The notes beneath the pieces were generated by a model. It was not told where the DNA came from, ran no database searches, and saw only the letters and a program-made list of their open reading frames with translations. A stretch of DNA of 64,000 nt, from the NCBI GenBank assembly GCA_965215505.1, contig OZ244065.1, forward strand, positions 1,120,001-1,184,000, read 5' to 3'. The position numbers and the translations under genes are program-made. Origin of the DNA: Capsulimonadaceae bacterium. GTDB lineage: Bacteria; Armatimonadota; Armatimonadia; Armatimonadales; Capsulimonadaceae. This document shows, one piece after another, positions 18,600 to 31,145 of this stretch (position 1 is the stretch's first letter; each line of letters starts with the position of its first letter).

Positions 18600-19464
18600 T
18601 GGCGACGGCGACGCCAAACACGGCGACGGCGGCCTGGACAGGGAACGGGTCGGGGGCGGGCGGCGGGAGGGAGACGATGCCGGTTTCGTCCGTTCGGGCG
18701 GGGCTGCCGACGTAGCGGCCATGGGCGGGGGCGGTGAAGGCGTCGGCGAACAGGTGGAGGTCAGCGGCGACCTCGGGACCGGTGAGAGGCCGTCCGTGGC
18801 CGCAGCCGATGGCGAAAGGATTGAAGGAGGCCAGGAGTCGGACGGAGCTTTCGGATGCCGGCCAGTCGCAGGTGAACGGGGCGGGCGGGCGGGAGAGCTG
18901 GGGCGCTTTGGCGACGAGGGCCGGGAGCGAGTCCAGGTTGACCGTGGCGAAGGCATCCCCGGCCACCAGGGTACCGTCCTCGGGGCGGAAGTAGGAGACG
19001 TGGCCGGGCGAGTGTCCCGGCGTCGGGTGCCATTCCCAGTCGGGGAGGCCAGGCACGACGCCGCCTTCGGGCAGCGGCAGGACGCGGTCGCCGAGGTCGG
19101 TCACGTTCATGGGGAAGACGCGCGAGAGCATCGCCATCGCGCCGCCGACGGTCGGGTCCTTGGGCGGGTATTTAGACTTGCCGGTGAGATACGGCATCTC
19201 CAGCGGGTGGGCGTAGACGGGGACGTTCCAGGCGTCCGAGAGCGCCAGGGCCGACCCGACATGGTCGGCATGCCCGTGGGTCAGCAGGATGGCCTCGGGC
19301 CGCGCGCCCTCGCCGTAGCGCTCCCGCGCGGCGGCCTGGATTCGCGCGGCACTGCCGGGCGCTCCGGCATCCACCAGCACCCAGGGGCGGCCGGGCGCTC
19401 CGACGAAGTAGACGTTCTCGATGGACAGGGGCAGGGCGGCGACGTTCGGGGCGATCTCTTGCAT
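18571..19464 (-). CDS. MBL-fold metallo-hydrolase
   Basis: THGHADHVG, TPGHSPGH, AGDAF, GHG; ATG 19464 with AAGGA SD. Confidence 0.88.
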   Translation of the reverse strand: MQEIAPNVAALPLSIENVYFVGAPGRPWVLVDAGAPGSAARIQAAARERYGEGARPEAILLTHGHADHVGSALALSDAWNVPVYAHPLEMPYLTGKSKYPPKDPTVGGAMAMLSRVFPMNVTDLGDRVLPLPEGGVVPGLPDWEWHPTPGHSPGHVSYFRPEDGTLVAGDAFATVNLDSLPALVAKAPQLSRPPAPFTCDWPASESSVRLLASFNPFAIGCGHGRPLTGPEVAADLHLFADAFTAPAHGRYVGSPARTDETGIVSLPPPAPDPFPVQAAVAVFGVAVAITLIGRRGY

Positions 19465-19477
19465 GTGGCGTTCCTTT

Positions 19478-20461
19478 TCAGACTTCTTTGAGCGCGGCGG
19501 TGGCGGCGCAGACGGACTCGTCGGCACGGCCATAGTACAGGAAGAACCGCCCGGCGAACCGGGCCGTTCCCATCGCGAACAGGACGTAGTTGTTTTCGCC
19601 CTGCTCGTCCGCGAACCGGGCCGAAACCTCGTCGGCGCTTTCCCCGCGCAGGAGCGGGCCGGGGGAGCGCCAGAGCAGGCGCGCGGGATCGTGGCGGTCG
19701 AACACGGCGACGCCCGGCTCGTAATGCATCGGCGTTCCCGCCGAGATCCGGTTGTAGATCAAGACGATGCCTTCCGGTGTCACAAAGGGAGGCGGCCCGA
19801 CCTCGATACCGTTCTCCGCCGTGCCGGGATGGGGCGTCAGCACCGGCGTCGGATGGTCCTCCCAGGCGATGCCGTCCGGCGAGGAGGCCAGCCGGATGTC
19901 GCCCTCGCCGTAATACATCCAGTAGCGGCCCGCGACCCGCTCGCTCAGGATGCCACCCGACTTGGCCGTAAAGGGGAACACCGGGCCGTGTTCGCGCCAG
20001 GTGTAAAGGTCGTCGGACTCGGCCAGGAACAATCTGATCGTCCCGCCGAAGTCATACAGCGATGCGCCCGAGAACGCCGTGCAGGTCATCAGGAAGCGCC
20101 CGTCGTCCATGCGCGTGACGCGCGGGTCTTCCACGCCGCGCGTCTTCCGGGCCGCCCACGGCCCCCCCGTGCCCAGGACCGGCTTGTCGCTCATGCGCTC
20201 GAAGTGCAGGCCGTCCGCGCTACGCGCCAGGCCCAGACGGCTGGTGTAGAGGTTGTCCTCCCGGATGTCGGCGGGCGGGACGTCCTCGGCCCGGTACACC
20301 ATCCACACCGCCCCGTTCCAGACGACGGTGGAGGCATTGTAGACCGCCCCCGCTTCCCAGGGCTGGGAGGGGCTGGCCGCCAGGATGGGGTTGCCCGGAT
20401 GCTTTTCCAAAGCGCCGCGCCAGGGGAGGAGGGAGAGAGCGTCGGCATCAGCGTCGTTCAT
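19478..20461 (-). CDS. GH130-like glycosidase/phosphorylase
   Basis: GNPIL, AVYN, MVYRA, GVEDPRVT, EVGPPP, YYGRAD. Confidence 0.85.
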   Translation of the reverse strand: MNDADADALSLLPWRGALEKHPGNPILAASPSQPWEAGAVYNASTVVWNGAVWMVYRAEDVPPADIREDNLYTSRLGLARSADGLHFERMSDKPVLGTGGPWAARKTRGVEDPRVTRMDDGRFLMTCTAFSGASLYDFGGTIRLFLAESDDLYTWREHGPVFPFTAKSGGILSERVAGRYWMYYGEGDIRLASSPDGIAWEDHPTPVLTPHPGTAENGIEVGPPPFVTPEGIVLIYNRISAGTPMHYEPGVAVFDRHDPARLLWRSPGPLLRGESADEVSARFADEQGENNYVLFAMGTARFAGRFFLYYGRADESVCAATAALKEV

Positions 20462-20488
20462 CGTGTCCCTTTGTTGCAGGGCGCGGCC

Positions 20489-20887
20489 CTACTCGGCGTC
20501 TTTTTCGCCGTCTTTGTTCAGGCGGGCGAGGTAGCCGGCGACCACGGTGACCAGATGCTCCGGGCTGAAGGGCTTGGTGATGTACTCGTCCACGCCGATC
20601 TCCACGCCCTTTCGGATGTCCTCCTCCTGGGCTTTGGCCGAGAGCATGATGATCGGCAGGCCCGCCGTCGCCGGGTCCGCCCGGACGGCCCGCGCCACCT
20701 CGTAGCCGTCGATGCGGGGCATCATGATGTCCAGCAGGACCAGGTCGGGGGCGTGGGCGCGGATCTTCTCCAGGGCCTCCTCGCCGTTGACGGCGACCTG
20801 CATCTCATGGCCCTGCCGGGCCAGGATGAATTCCATCAGCCGCACGATGGTCGGCTCGTCGTCCACCACCAGTATTTTGTACGCCAT
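20489..20887 (-). CDS. Single-domain response regulator receiver
   Basis: VVDDE, LLDIMMP, MLSA, ITKPF. Confidence 0.93.
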   Translation of the reverse strand: MAYKILVVDDEPTIVRLMEFILARQGHEMQVAVNGEEALEKIRAHAPDLVLLDIMMPRIDGYEVARAVRADPATAGLPIIMLSAKAQEEDIRKGVEIGVDEYITKPFSPEHLVTVVAGYLARLNKDGEKDAE

Positions 20888-21072
20888 GTGACCCTTCCTC
20901 GGATTCGTTCTCAGCCCCTATTGTACCTGACACGCCGGGCATAAGGGACGGGCGGGAGAACCCAAATTGGGAGGGGCAGGTTTGTCAACCGGGCGGACAC
21001 GGTATAATGGCGGAGACGCCGACATCCCAAGGGGCGTCATATCAGGCGTCGCATTAGAAGTGAGGGCTTTCC

Positions 21073-21261
21073 ATGAATAAGGACGTGCAGGGGCTGATCT
21101 ACGGCGCGAGCGTCGTGTCCATTATCACGGCGATCTACATGTATGCGACCGGCAAGAAGGACACGGGCATCTTCATCGGGCTGTGGGCACCGACGTTCCT
21201 GTCGCTGGGGACGTTCTACAACACCGAGACCCGCGTGGCGAAGGACGAGAGCGCGCCATAG
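21073..21261 (+). CDS. Small membrane protein
   Basis: 62 aa with GIFIGLWAPTFL; GAGG SD; hairpin downstream. Confidence 0.7.
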   Translation: MNKDVQGLIYGASVVSIITAIYMYATGKKDTGIFIGLWAPTFLSLGTFYNTETRVAKDESAP

Positions 21262-21302
21262 ACGGTGCGGCCGGACTGTGAACGGCAAGACGCAGGGCAA
21301 GA

Positions 21303-21337
21303 CGAGCGGGGGGCGGCCATGTGGCCGCCCCCTGTTC
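21303..21337 (+). terminator. Probable intrinsic terminator hairpin
   Basis: GGGGGCGGCCA-TGGCCGCCCCC stem after the small gene. Confidence 0.5.
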
Positions 21338-21458
21338 GGTTGTGGCAGGGGGAAGAGGAGAGGAAGGGAACGAGTGAAGGACCCGGCGTTTGTCAGGGCC
21401 GACACGCGAGCGGGTCGGTGCGCGAGCGGGTCGGCTCCATTCGTCCCGGCCCCGTTGT

Positions 21459-21598
21459 CACCGGCGAAGCCGGGAATAGACCGGCCCTTCGGGGCTTTGG
21501 ACAGGAGCAGGCAGGAGATGGGAGCAGGCAGGAGATGGGAGCAGGCAGGAGAAGAGGGCGCGGAGGGGAGAAGAGGGCGCGGCAAGCGGCGCCCCTAC
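21459..21598. repeat. Repeat cluster: CACCGGCGAAGCCGGGAATA element, 3x17-bp tandem (GGAGCAGGCAGGAGATG) and a GTAG REP
   Basis: The 20-mer recurs inverted near 27065-27084; tandem units at 21504, 21521, 21538; REP at 21575-21598. Confidence 0.75.
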
Positions 21599-21732
21599 GA
21601 GGCGGGAATGGTGCTGTCCGAGAACCCGAAGCCCGGCGAGTCTCGGTCATGGGAGGCTCATGCAGCAGGTTTCACCGTCCGCCTCCGGCCCCGGCCCGTG
21701 CGCCGCCGGTCAGGCCCGCTGACCGCCCGGCG

Positions 21733-21930
21733 TCACCACCCGGCTTGGGCGGTGACCATCTCCCACTGGAGGAATTGCAGGTACACGCGGCCCATCGGGC
21801 AGTCGGGGTGGTCGGCGGTATATGCCTCCGCCCATTCCAGTTCGCGGGCCAGCATCAGGAAGTTTTCCTCGGCCGCCGTCCACAGAGTCTCCGCCGCATT
21901 GCCGTCCAGTCTCTCGTCGTTCATCGTCAT
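21733..21930 (-). CDS. Small hypothetical protein
   Basis: 65 aa, coding-like composition, TATAAT upstream on the minus strand. Confidence 0.5.
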   Translation of the reverse strand: MTMNDERLDGNAAETLWTAAEENFLMLARELEWAEAYTADHPDCPMGRVYLQFLQWEMVTAQAGW

Positions 21931-22045
21931 GTCCCCCGCCCTCGTTCGATCTTGGGGCCATTATAAACCATCGGCGGGCGGCCTTCAACAGCAAAAGTAC
22001 GGGTTTTTGCGGGCTGCTCAACCGGGGCTTTCCAGCAGACGGTAT

Positions 22046-22073
22046 GGAACTCTGCGAAACCTCCGGGTGTTTT
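22046..22073 (+). promoter_or_regulatory. Candidate ECF autoregulatory promoter GGAAC-N18-GTT
   Basis: ggaac 22046-22050 and gttt from 22069, upstream of the ECF sigma gene. Confidence 0.5.
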
Positions 22074-22166
22074 TACTTGTAAGAGCAGTGAACAATGGGA
22101 CGCGGCTGTGGAACAATGGGAACATTGTGAGAGTCGGGGACGTATTGGGAGGGGAGGACGCAGACC

Positions 22167-22787
22167 ATGGCAGAAGTGGCCGAAGCCGTACCGGGACAAT
22201 TAGGGACAGTCGCGCGTGAGCAGCCGGGCCGTCGGGCGGAGTTCGACCGGCTCGTGGAGCGCTACCACAAGCAGGCGTATAACATCGCCTATCGCATGAC
22301 GGGCAACCACGCCGACGCGGAGGACTTGACGCAGGAGGCGTTCGTGCGCGCCTTCCGGTTCTTCGGCAACTACCGCCGGGACTGGCCGTTCGACAACTGG
22401 CTGTACAAGATCATGTCCAACCTGTTCGTGGACGACCTGCGGCGGCGTCCCAAGGCGCACCTCCAGTCGCTGGACCAGCCGCTGGACCTGAGCGGCGGCG
22501 GGGACGTCTATCTGGAGATCCCCGATGCTGCGTCCAATCCCGAGCGCATGGTCATGTCGCACGAGCTGGACGAACACATCCAGCGCGCCCTGAACGGCCT
22601 GCCGAACGATTTCCGCATGACCGTGATCCTCGCGGACATCGAGGGGATGTCTTACGAGGAGATCAGCGTCGCGATGAAGTGTTCCTTGGGGACGGTCCGG
22701 TCCCGCCTGCACCGGGGCCGCAAGCTGCTCCGGGCCAAGATCGCCGCCTTTGAGCGCGACGGCCTGATGCCCGTGGGCCGCGTCTGA
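22167..22787 (+). CDS. ECF sigma-70 factor
   Basis: DAEDLTQEAFVRA, NWLYKI, MSYEEI, GTVRSRLHRGR. Confidence 0.95.
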   Translation: MAEVAEAVPGQLGTVAREQPGRRAEFDRLVERYHKQAYNIAYRMTGNHADAEDLTQEAFVRAFRFFGNYRRDWPFDNWLYKIMSNLFVDDLRRRPKAHLQSLDQPLDLSGGGDVYLEIPDAASNPERMVMSHELDEHIQRALNGLPNDFRMTVILADIEGMSYEEISVAMKCSLGTVRSRLHRGRKLLRAKIAAFERDGLMPVGRV

Positions 22788-22824
22788 CGGATCTCATTCT
22801 CATGCCAACTCTCATGCCACAGGA

Positions 22825-23472
22825 GTGTGTCGCGACTTGAACTGCCACCGCGCCCGACAACTGATTTCCCCGTATCTCGACCAGCAGCTCACGGGGCGGG
22901 AGATGCTGGCCTTGCAGCAGCACTTCTCCGAATGCGAGTCGTGCGAGGCCGAACGGCATTCCATCCGGCAGGTCAAGACGCTGCTGCGGTCGCTCCACGA
23001 GCCGCGGCCCCGCACCGAACTCCAAGGGGCGATCTTCGCGCGGCTTGCGGAATCGGAGCAGCCCTGGCGGTTCACTCTGCTGACTGTATCCCCCCACCGC
23101 CCGCAGCGGGGGCGGCGGCTGGCGACCGCGCTGGCGCTTTCCTGCATGACCGTCCTGTCTTTCGCGGCGGCCTGCTTTGCCCCGGCCGCGCACAACGGCG
23201 CGCTGGCCTCTTCCGGGTTTTTTTTCCCCTCGGGACCGACCCCGGTCCGGACGATGCCGACGGACGAGGCGAGTCTTTCGCCTCTGACCGACCCGTCCCG
23301 CCCCGACTTCCTGAGCCAGCCGGGGACCGTGGGGGTGCGCCGCGAGCGACTGTTCAGCAGCCAGGGGGCGGCCCCGCCGCAGCCCGAGCTGAGGCTGTCG
23401 CCTTTGCCGGACGGGTCGGTCCCCGATTACATGCAGGGGCAGGCTTCCTTCGCCGAATACCGTACCCGGTAG
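22825..23472 (+). CDS. Zinc-binding (zf-HC2) transmembrane anti-sigma factor
   Basis: C..ISPYLD..HFSECESC followed by a TM segment; between the sigma and htrA genes. Confidence 0.85.
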   Translation: MCRDLNCHRARQLISPYLDQQLTGREMLALQQHFSECESCEAERHSIRQVKTLLRSLHEPRPRTELQGAIFARLAESEQPWRFTLLTVSPHRPQRGRRLATALALSCMTVLSFAAACFAPAAHNGALASSGFFFPSGPTPVRTMPTDEASLSPLTDPSRPDFLSQPGTVGVRRERLFSSQGAAPPQPELRLSPLPDGSVPDYMQGQASFAEYRTR

Positions 23473-23514
23473 CGCCCGCGCGTTTCCCCTGACCGTACAG
23501 AGAGAAGTTCCATC

Positions 23515-25077
23515 ATGCCCGCGTCCCGTCCTTCCCATCCCATCTCCCGCCGCCTGCTGCCGCTGCTCGCCGGCCTGACCATGCCCGGCTTCGTCGGCGC
23601 GGCCCATGCCGCGCCGGGGGCGACGGCGGGGACGATCCCCAGCCCGCCCACCACGGCGGCCCAGAAGTCCATGCTGCTCCAGATGCAGGACGCCTTCACC
23701 AACATCGCGACGACGGTCGAGCCAACTGTCGTCAACATCAAGGCGGAGCGGCTGCGCGCGGCGGACTCGTCGGACGGCTCGGGCGGGGACCCGGCCGCGC
23801 CGCCCACCCGGCGTCGCGGGGGCAGTGGCCCCCGGCTGCCGTTCCCCACCCCGCGCCGCTCCGAGGCGACCGGGTCGGGCGTCATCGTGCGTTCGGACGG
23901 CTACATCCTGACCAACGACCATGTGGTGGAGGGGGCGAGCGGCGGGGTCGTCACGGTGACTCTGGCGGACGGGCGTGAGTACCAGGGGAAGGTTTATGCG
24001 GACTTCAAGAGCGATCTGGCCGTGGTGAAGATCGATCCGGGCGCGACGCCGCTCCCGGCGGCTGGCTTCGCCGACTCGGACGCCGTCCGCCCCGGCCAGT
24101 GGGCGGTCGCCATCGGCAGCCCGTTTGACTTGCAGAACACCATGACGGTGGGCGTCATCAGCGCCGTGGGCCGCCACCAGAGCATCGGGGGCGAGTCGTC
24201 GGCCCGGTATTACCCGGACCTGCTCCAGACGGACGCCGCCATCAACCCCGGCAACTCGGGCGGGCCGCTGTTCAACATTGACGGCAAGGTGGTCGGGATC
24301 AATGTCGCGATCGAGTCGCCGGTGGAGGGCAGCGCGGGGGTCGGGTTCGCCATCCCCAGCGCCATCGCGCAGGCGGTGATGAACGCCCTGATCCAGTCCG
24401 GCAAGGTGACGCGCGGCTATCTGGGGATCGCGCCCGAGGACCTGACGCCCGCCTTGCAGACGCAGTACGGCCAGAAGGACGGCGCGTTCATCCACGACGT
24501 CACGCTGAACAGCCCGGCGGGCAAGGCGGGGATGCAGGCAGCCGACATCGTCACCGCCTACGACGGCAAGCCCGTGCGCGGCGAGGTCGCCCTGCGCGCC
24601 CTCATCAGCGCGACGCCGCCCCAGAAGACGGTCGCCATCGCCTATATACGCGACGGCCGGCCGGGCGTGGCCTCAGTCACCCTGGGCACGGCCCCCGTCC
24701 TGCCCGATGAGACGACGGCCCCGGTCGCGCCCCCCAAGCCGGTCGTGCCGTCCGCCAACCCGCTCGGCCTGAACGTGCGCGACTTGACGGCGACGGACCG
24801 GGTGACCCTGAGCCTGCCGCCGACGACGACCGGCGTCATCATCACGGGCGCGGACGCGGGCAGCCCCGGCGAGACGGCGGGCGAGACGGCGGGCCTGACG
24901 CCGAATGGGACTCTGAACGGAGTCGTGCTGCAAAAGATCGGCCGGAAGACCATCGGGAGCAAGGCGGATTACAGCCGGGCCGCCGCGACACTGACCTCCG
25001 GTGCGGGCACGACCCTGGTGCTGCTCACGACCGACGGCGGCAGCGTCCACCAGACAGCCCTGACTCTTCGGCTGTGA
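23515..25077 (+). CDS. htrA: HtrA/DegP-family serine protease with PDZ domains
   Basis: GSGVIV, TNDHVV, DLAVVKI, QTDAAINPGNSGGPL, RGYLGI. Confidence 0.93.
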   Translation: MPASRPSHPISRRLLPLLAGLTMPGFVGAAHAAPGATAGTIPSPPTTAAQKSMLLQMQDAFTNIATTVEPTVVNIKAERLRAADSSDGSGGDPAAPPTRRRGGSGPRLPFPTPRRSEATGSGVIVRSDGYILTNDHVVEGASGGVVTVTLADGREYQGKVYADFKSDLAVVKIDPGATPLPAAGFADSDAVRPGQWAVAIGSPFDLQNTMTVGVISAVGRHQSIGGESSARYYPDLLQTDAAINPGNSGGPLFNIDGKVVGINVAIESPVEGSAGVGFAIPSAIAQAVMNALIQSGKVTRGYLGIAPEDLTPALQTQYGQKDGAFIHDVTLNSPAGKAGMQAADIVTAYDGKPVRGEVALRALISATPPQKTVAIAYIRDGRPGVASVTLGTAPVLPDETTAPVAPPKPVVPSANPLGLNVRDLTATDRVTLSLPPTTTGVIITGADAGSPGETAGETAGLTPNGTLNGVVLQKIGRKTIGSKADYSRAAATLTSGAGTTLVLLTTDGGSVHQTALTLRL

Positions 25078-25127
25078 CCAAATAGGCGGCTATGACCAAA
25101 CAAATGAAGAATACCTGCCCCAAGCCC

Positions 25128-25156
25128 TTGACATCGGGGGCGAGGGCGGGTATACT
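25128..25156 (+). promoter_or_regulatory. Sigma70 promoter TTGACA-N17-TATACT for tRNA-fMet
   Basis: Near-consensus boxes 23 nt upstream of the tRNA. Confidence 0.8.
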
Positions 25157-25179
25157 CCTACTCGTAACGCAGACAACGA

Positions 25180-25253
<74 letters not shown>

Positions 25254-25261
25254 TTTCCAAG

Positions 25262-25295
25262 GCCGCTCTCAGAATGATCTGAGAGCGGCTTTTTT
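25262..25295 (+). terminator. Intrinsic terminator
   Basis: GCCGCTCTCAGA..TCTGAGAGCGGC followed by a T-run. Confidence 0.85.
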
Positions 25296-25321
25296 GTGTC
25301 TGGGTGGCCGCCACACGCCTG

Positions 25322-26251
25322 TCAGGTTTCGTGCCTTTTTCCCGCAGAGATCGCGGATGCGGCGATTCCGATCAGATGCGGCGTCCATTCCGCCCGGCCA
25401 AGCCCGTCCAGGTACAGGGCGATTAAAAGGGCCTGGTAGGCTTCCCATATACAGAGGACATGGGCGGTTCCGGCGTCCAGCGGTCTGCCTCCGAGGTAGC
25501 CGTCCAGCAGGGGCGGCAGCAGGTCGTCATGCCACCCGCCTTTCCAGGCTTTCACGCCGAACAGGAACTGCCCCAGGTCGGCGTGCGGCCAGGTCGCCCC
25601 GCCGTCGCGCCAGTCAACGACCGCGAACGTGGGGCCACCGTCGGTGATGACTTCCACCCCGCCCCGGTGCCCGAAGGCCGTCGGGGGCGGGGTCATCAAA
25701 ACCCGCGCCTCCTGGAAGATGCGCTCGAAGTCGTCGCAGCAGAGGGCGTGCTGGCGCAAGGCGAAGTGCTGCCGCTCCCACCACACGTCCAGGGCGTTCT
25801 CCTGCGCCTCCTCGGTGCCAGCGCCGCCGGGGACGCTGCCTAGGGGAATGGAAGCGAGGCCCGCGATGAACCTGCCGATGCGGTCGAACGTGCGGAAGGC
25901 GCTGCGGGGGTCGCACCGGTAGATGTCTTCGAAGCTCTGCCCGACGATCAGGGGCATGGCGGTGAAGGGGCACGGGGCTTGGGGATGGTCTTCCTGCGTG
26001 AACTCGATTCGCGGCACTTCCAGGCCCAGACCCAGCAAGGCGCGCATGACGGCCTGTTCGTCGGTGACAAAGTGCGCGTACTCGTTGGGGACTTTGAGCG
26101 TCTTGTCGGGCCGTGCACCGGCGAAGTCCAGGCGGTAGACACGGCTCTCCTCGGAGTGGAATCGGTGCAGGGCGGGCGTCGGGCCATACAGGGCCGCACC
26201 GATCCCTTGAACGGCGGCCTCACTGATCGGTTCCGTCTTCGGGTGTGTCAT
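25322..26251 (-). CDS. Aminoglycoside phosphotransferase/choline-kinase-like fold protein
   Basis: VYRL..LKV..E..VP N-lobe and VVDW..DLG; the catalytic loop reads HRGG rather than HGD. Confidence 0.7.
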   Translation of the reverse strand: MTHPKTEPISEAAVQGIGAALYGPTPALHRFHSEESRVYRLDFAGARPDKTLKVPNEYAHFVTDEQAVMRALLGLGLEVPRIEFTQEDHPQAPCPFTAMPLIVGQSFEDIYRCDPRSAFRTFDRIGRFIAGLASIPLGSVPGGAGTEEAQENALDVWWERQHFALRQHALCCDDFERIFQEARVLMTPPPTAFGHRGGVEVITDGGPTFAVVDWRDGGATWPHADLGQFLFGVKAWKGGWHDDLLPPLLDGYLGGRPLDAGTAHVLCIWEAYQALLIALYLDGLGRAEWTPHLIGIAASAISAGKRHET

Positions 26252-26443
26252 GCGTCATCCCCTTGATTGTGTCAGGCTCCCCCACCCCGCCGACCCGCAC
26301 GGGGTACGCCGAGCCTGCGGCCGTGCTGCCATTCTAGCACATGGGCGCGGCAAAAGTTCCGCTGCCGCTCGGTGCCGGCGGGGCATTTTGAGGATTATTC
26401 GTGGTACTATAAGAAAACTTCCAGTTCAGGAGACGAGCGACTG

Positions 26444-26701
26444 ATGCGCCTTCGCGCCTGGTTCTTTTTTGTCGTCGGGCGCTTCGCCGCCGTGATGCTC
26501 CTCGCGTTCGCGCTGTGGCTCGGCCTGAACCTGCTTTTCCCGCCCCACCGCGTCAACTGGCCCAAGGCGCTCGACCAGGCCCTGTCGTCGTCAGTCGTCT
26601 TCCTGATCAGCGATGCCCTCCAGAAGCGTGTGCGGAGATGGTTCCAAGTTCGAGAAAATGTTGTAGAGGAGAAAAGCCATGTGGGTTGTTACGACCGATG
26701 A
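26444..26701 (+). CDS. Small membrane protein
   Basis: MRLRAWFF.. two TM segments; AGGAGA upstream. Confidence 0.55.
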   Translation: MRLRAWFFFVVGRFAAVMLLAFALWLGLNLLFPPHRVNWPKALDQALSSSVVFLISDALQKRVRRWFQVRENVVEEKSHVGCYDR

Positions 26702-26996
26702 CCGGACCGTGAATATCGAGGGGGCCACCGAGATCACGGTCCAAACCAATTATTATGCGGAAGCGTTTATTGACCCTGCCGACAGCGCGCGGGACGCCCT
26801 CGACTCGGACGAGATCGAGAACTTCGAGGTCTGCGCCGAGCTGTCCTCGGGGGAGCGCGTCGTTCTTGCTCGGGTGGCGTGTGAGCCGGCCGACACGCCG
26901 GCGAAGGTCCAGGACTGCGCGCGGCCTTATGTCGCAAAGATCCGCCATGCCCTCGCGAGCGGCTTCGGGCTTTGCGATCTGAAGTCGGTGGAATAG
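26679..26996 (+). CDS. Hypothetical protein
   Basis: 105 aa, GAGGAG SD, GC3-rich codons. Confidence 0.65.
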   Translation: MWVVTTDDRTVNIEGATEITVQTNYYAEAFIDPADSARDALDSDEIENFEVCAELSSGERVVLARVACEPADTPAKVQDCARPYVAKIRHALASGFGLCDLKSVE

Positions 26997-27211
26997 CTCC
27001 GTCCGACCTGAGCAGGATCAAGTGGGTCCCGGCCCTGACGGGCCGGTCCAGGGTTTTATTGGGGTATTCCCGGCTTCGCCGGTGGGCCGCCCGCTTCGGG
27101 GCTTCGGATGTTGTTGCCGGACAACGCTGCCGGGCGGCGGCGCTTGGGCCTCGTTGGGGCAACGCTCGCCGTACCCTCCCCCGCATGCCTAAAGATTAGC
27201 CTCTAATACCA

Positions 27212-27240
27212 TTGACTTATTCCAGAAAAGGGGCTATAAT
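27212..27240 (+). promoter_or_regulatory. Promoter TTGACT-N17-TATAAT for fur-katG, probably near-leaderless
   Basis: -10 box ends 8 nt before ATG 27249; no SD. Confidence 0.7.
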
Positions 27241-27248
27241 CAGGTTCC

Positions 27249-30010
<2,762 letters not shown>

Positions 30011-30039
30011 GCGGCGTCGGCGGGGCGATGCAGCAAACG

Positions 30040-30072
30040 GCCGCCCAGGATTATCGTCCTGGGCGGCTTTTT
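30040..30072 (+). terminator. Intrinsic terminator
   Basis: GCCGCCCAGGA..TCCTGGGCGGC plus TTTTT. Confidence 0.85.
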
Positions 30073-30202
30073 AGCTTCACGCGCGGCGGTAACTGAACAC
30101 AAGCGAGGTACAATGGCCTTGACTTAGATCCAAGGCGGTCGGTCGGGAACGTGAGCAGTGGGACGGAGGGCCTTGATGTGTCTTCCGGTGTAGAACGCTG
30201 TT

Positions 30203-30742
30203 ATGAGTGATGCCGAACGACCTGAACGTACCCGCGAACATTACATTGATGCGCTGGGTCGGAACCACGTCGAACGATTTATTCTCCTTCGCGGTCATGC
30301 CGCCGACGAGCCAAAGCCGGACTATGGCTATGACATCGTCATCACGACGTTCGACTACAAAGGGAGTGCTGATTTCAGGAGCGGCGAGGTTGAAAATGGG
30401 TCGGTCTATGTGCAGCTCAAATCGACCGATAAGTTGAAGGTCGGGAAGAAAGACAGCACAAGAATTTCGTTTTCCATCAAGCGCCGCCATGCGGTATATT
30501 GGATCGGTGAGCCACTGCCCGTTGTGTTGATCGTCTACTCCGTGCCTGATGGGAAGGCGTACTGGCTCCACATGCAGCCCTACCTGAAGTCAGATCTTTT
30601 TGTGATGCCGCCTTCGTCGCAGGAGGAGATCATGGTCTATCTCTAGACAAACAACATCGTGGATGAGGCCGCCATCGAAACTTTCCGGGAGTACAAGGCG
30701 AGTGTGCTTAGGCTGATCGAGGGGATGAATCTCTATGGCTAA
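30203..30742 (+). pseudogene. DUF4365 (PD-(D/E)xK-like) protein interrupted by an in-frame TAG at 30644-30646
   Basis: DYGYD..VYVQLKST..PVVLIVY..AYW; the frame continues after TAG as TNNIVDEAAIETFREYKASVLRLIEGMNLYG* and overlaps the next start. Confidence 0.7.
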
Positions 30743-31145
30743 GGTTTTCAGAAAATCTGGCCGGGTCACCTACAGCCGACTCGAAAAGGTTCTCACCACG
30801 TTGGGGTTTGTTCGCAAAGAAACGGACGGTTTCACCGCATACCGTGAGGCGGAACATGACGCTCTGATCGTTCTGCCTAGGATGAGTGCCGGCAGTGACG
30901 TGGGGGAGCCTCACCTTGTGACCGTTCGCAACACGGTCACCGGCAAGGGCATCGCATCGCTCGGCAGGTTCCAGATGCTGCTCGCCGGCCTCCATGTCAA
31001 GCCTGTCGCGGGCGGATTGAGAACACGCACCCCCCGGCATCGCGAAGCCTTCATGAAGCCGCACAAACCGGGCTTGAAAGTGCGCGATCAGCAGCCAGCG
31101 CGAGTTGAGAGAGCTTACAAGAAATACGCGATCAAGAAGCACTAG
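30735..31145 (+). CDS. HicA-like fold protein with a basic C-terminal tail
   Basis: TYSRLEKVLTTLGF..IVLP..HLVTVR pattern; lacks the canonical GSH histidine. Confidence 0.55.
   Translation: MAKVFRKSGRVTYSRLEKVLTTLGFVRKETDGFTAYREAEHDALIVLPRMSAGSDVGEPHLVTVRNTVTGKGIASLGRFQMLLAGLHVKPVAGGLRTRTPRHREAFMKPHKPGLKVRDQQPARVERAYKKYAIKKH

Noticed and set aside
21265-22219. Long ORFs spanning the repeat-rich intergenic region
   Set aside because: Translations are low-complexity products of tandem repeats and REPs with no recognisable motifs
30644-30646. Genome-wide TAG recoding or pyrrolysine
   Set aside because: Other genes in the window end normally at TAG (for example 9760, 21261, 56286) and no pyl genes are seen; a single nonsense change is simpler
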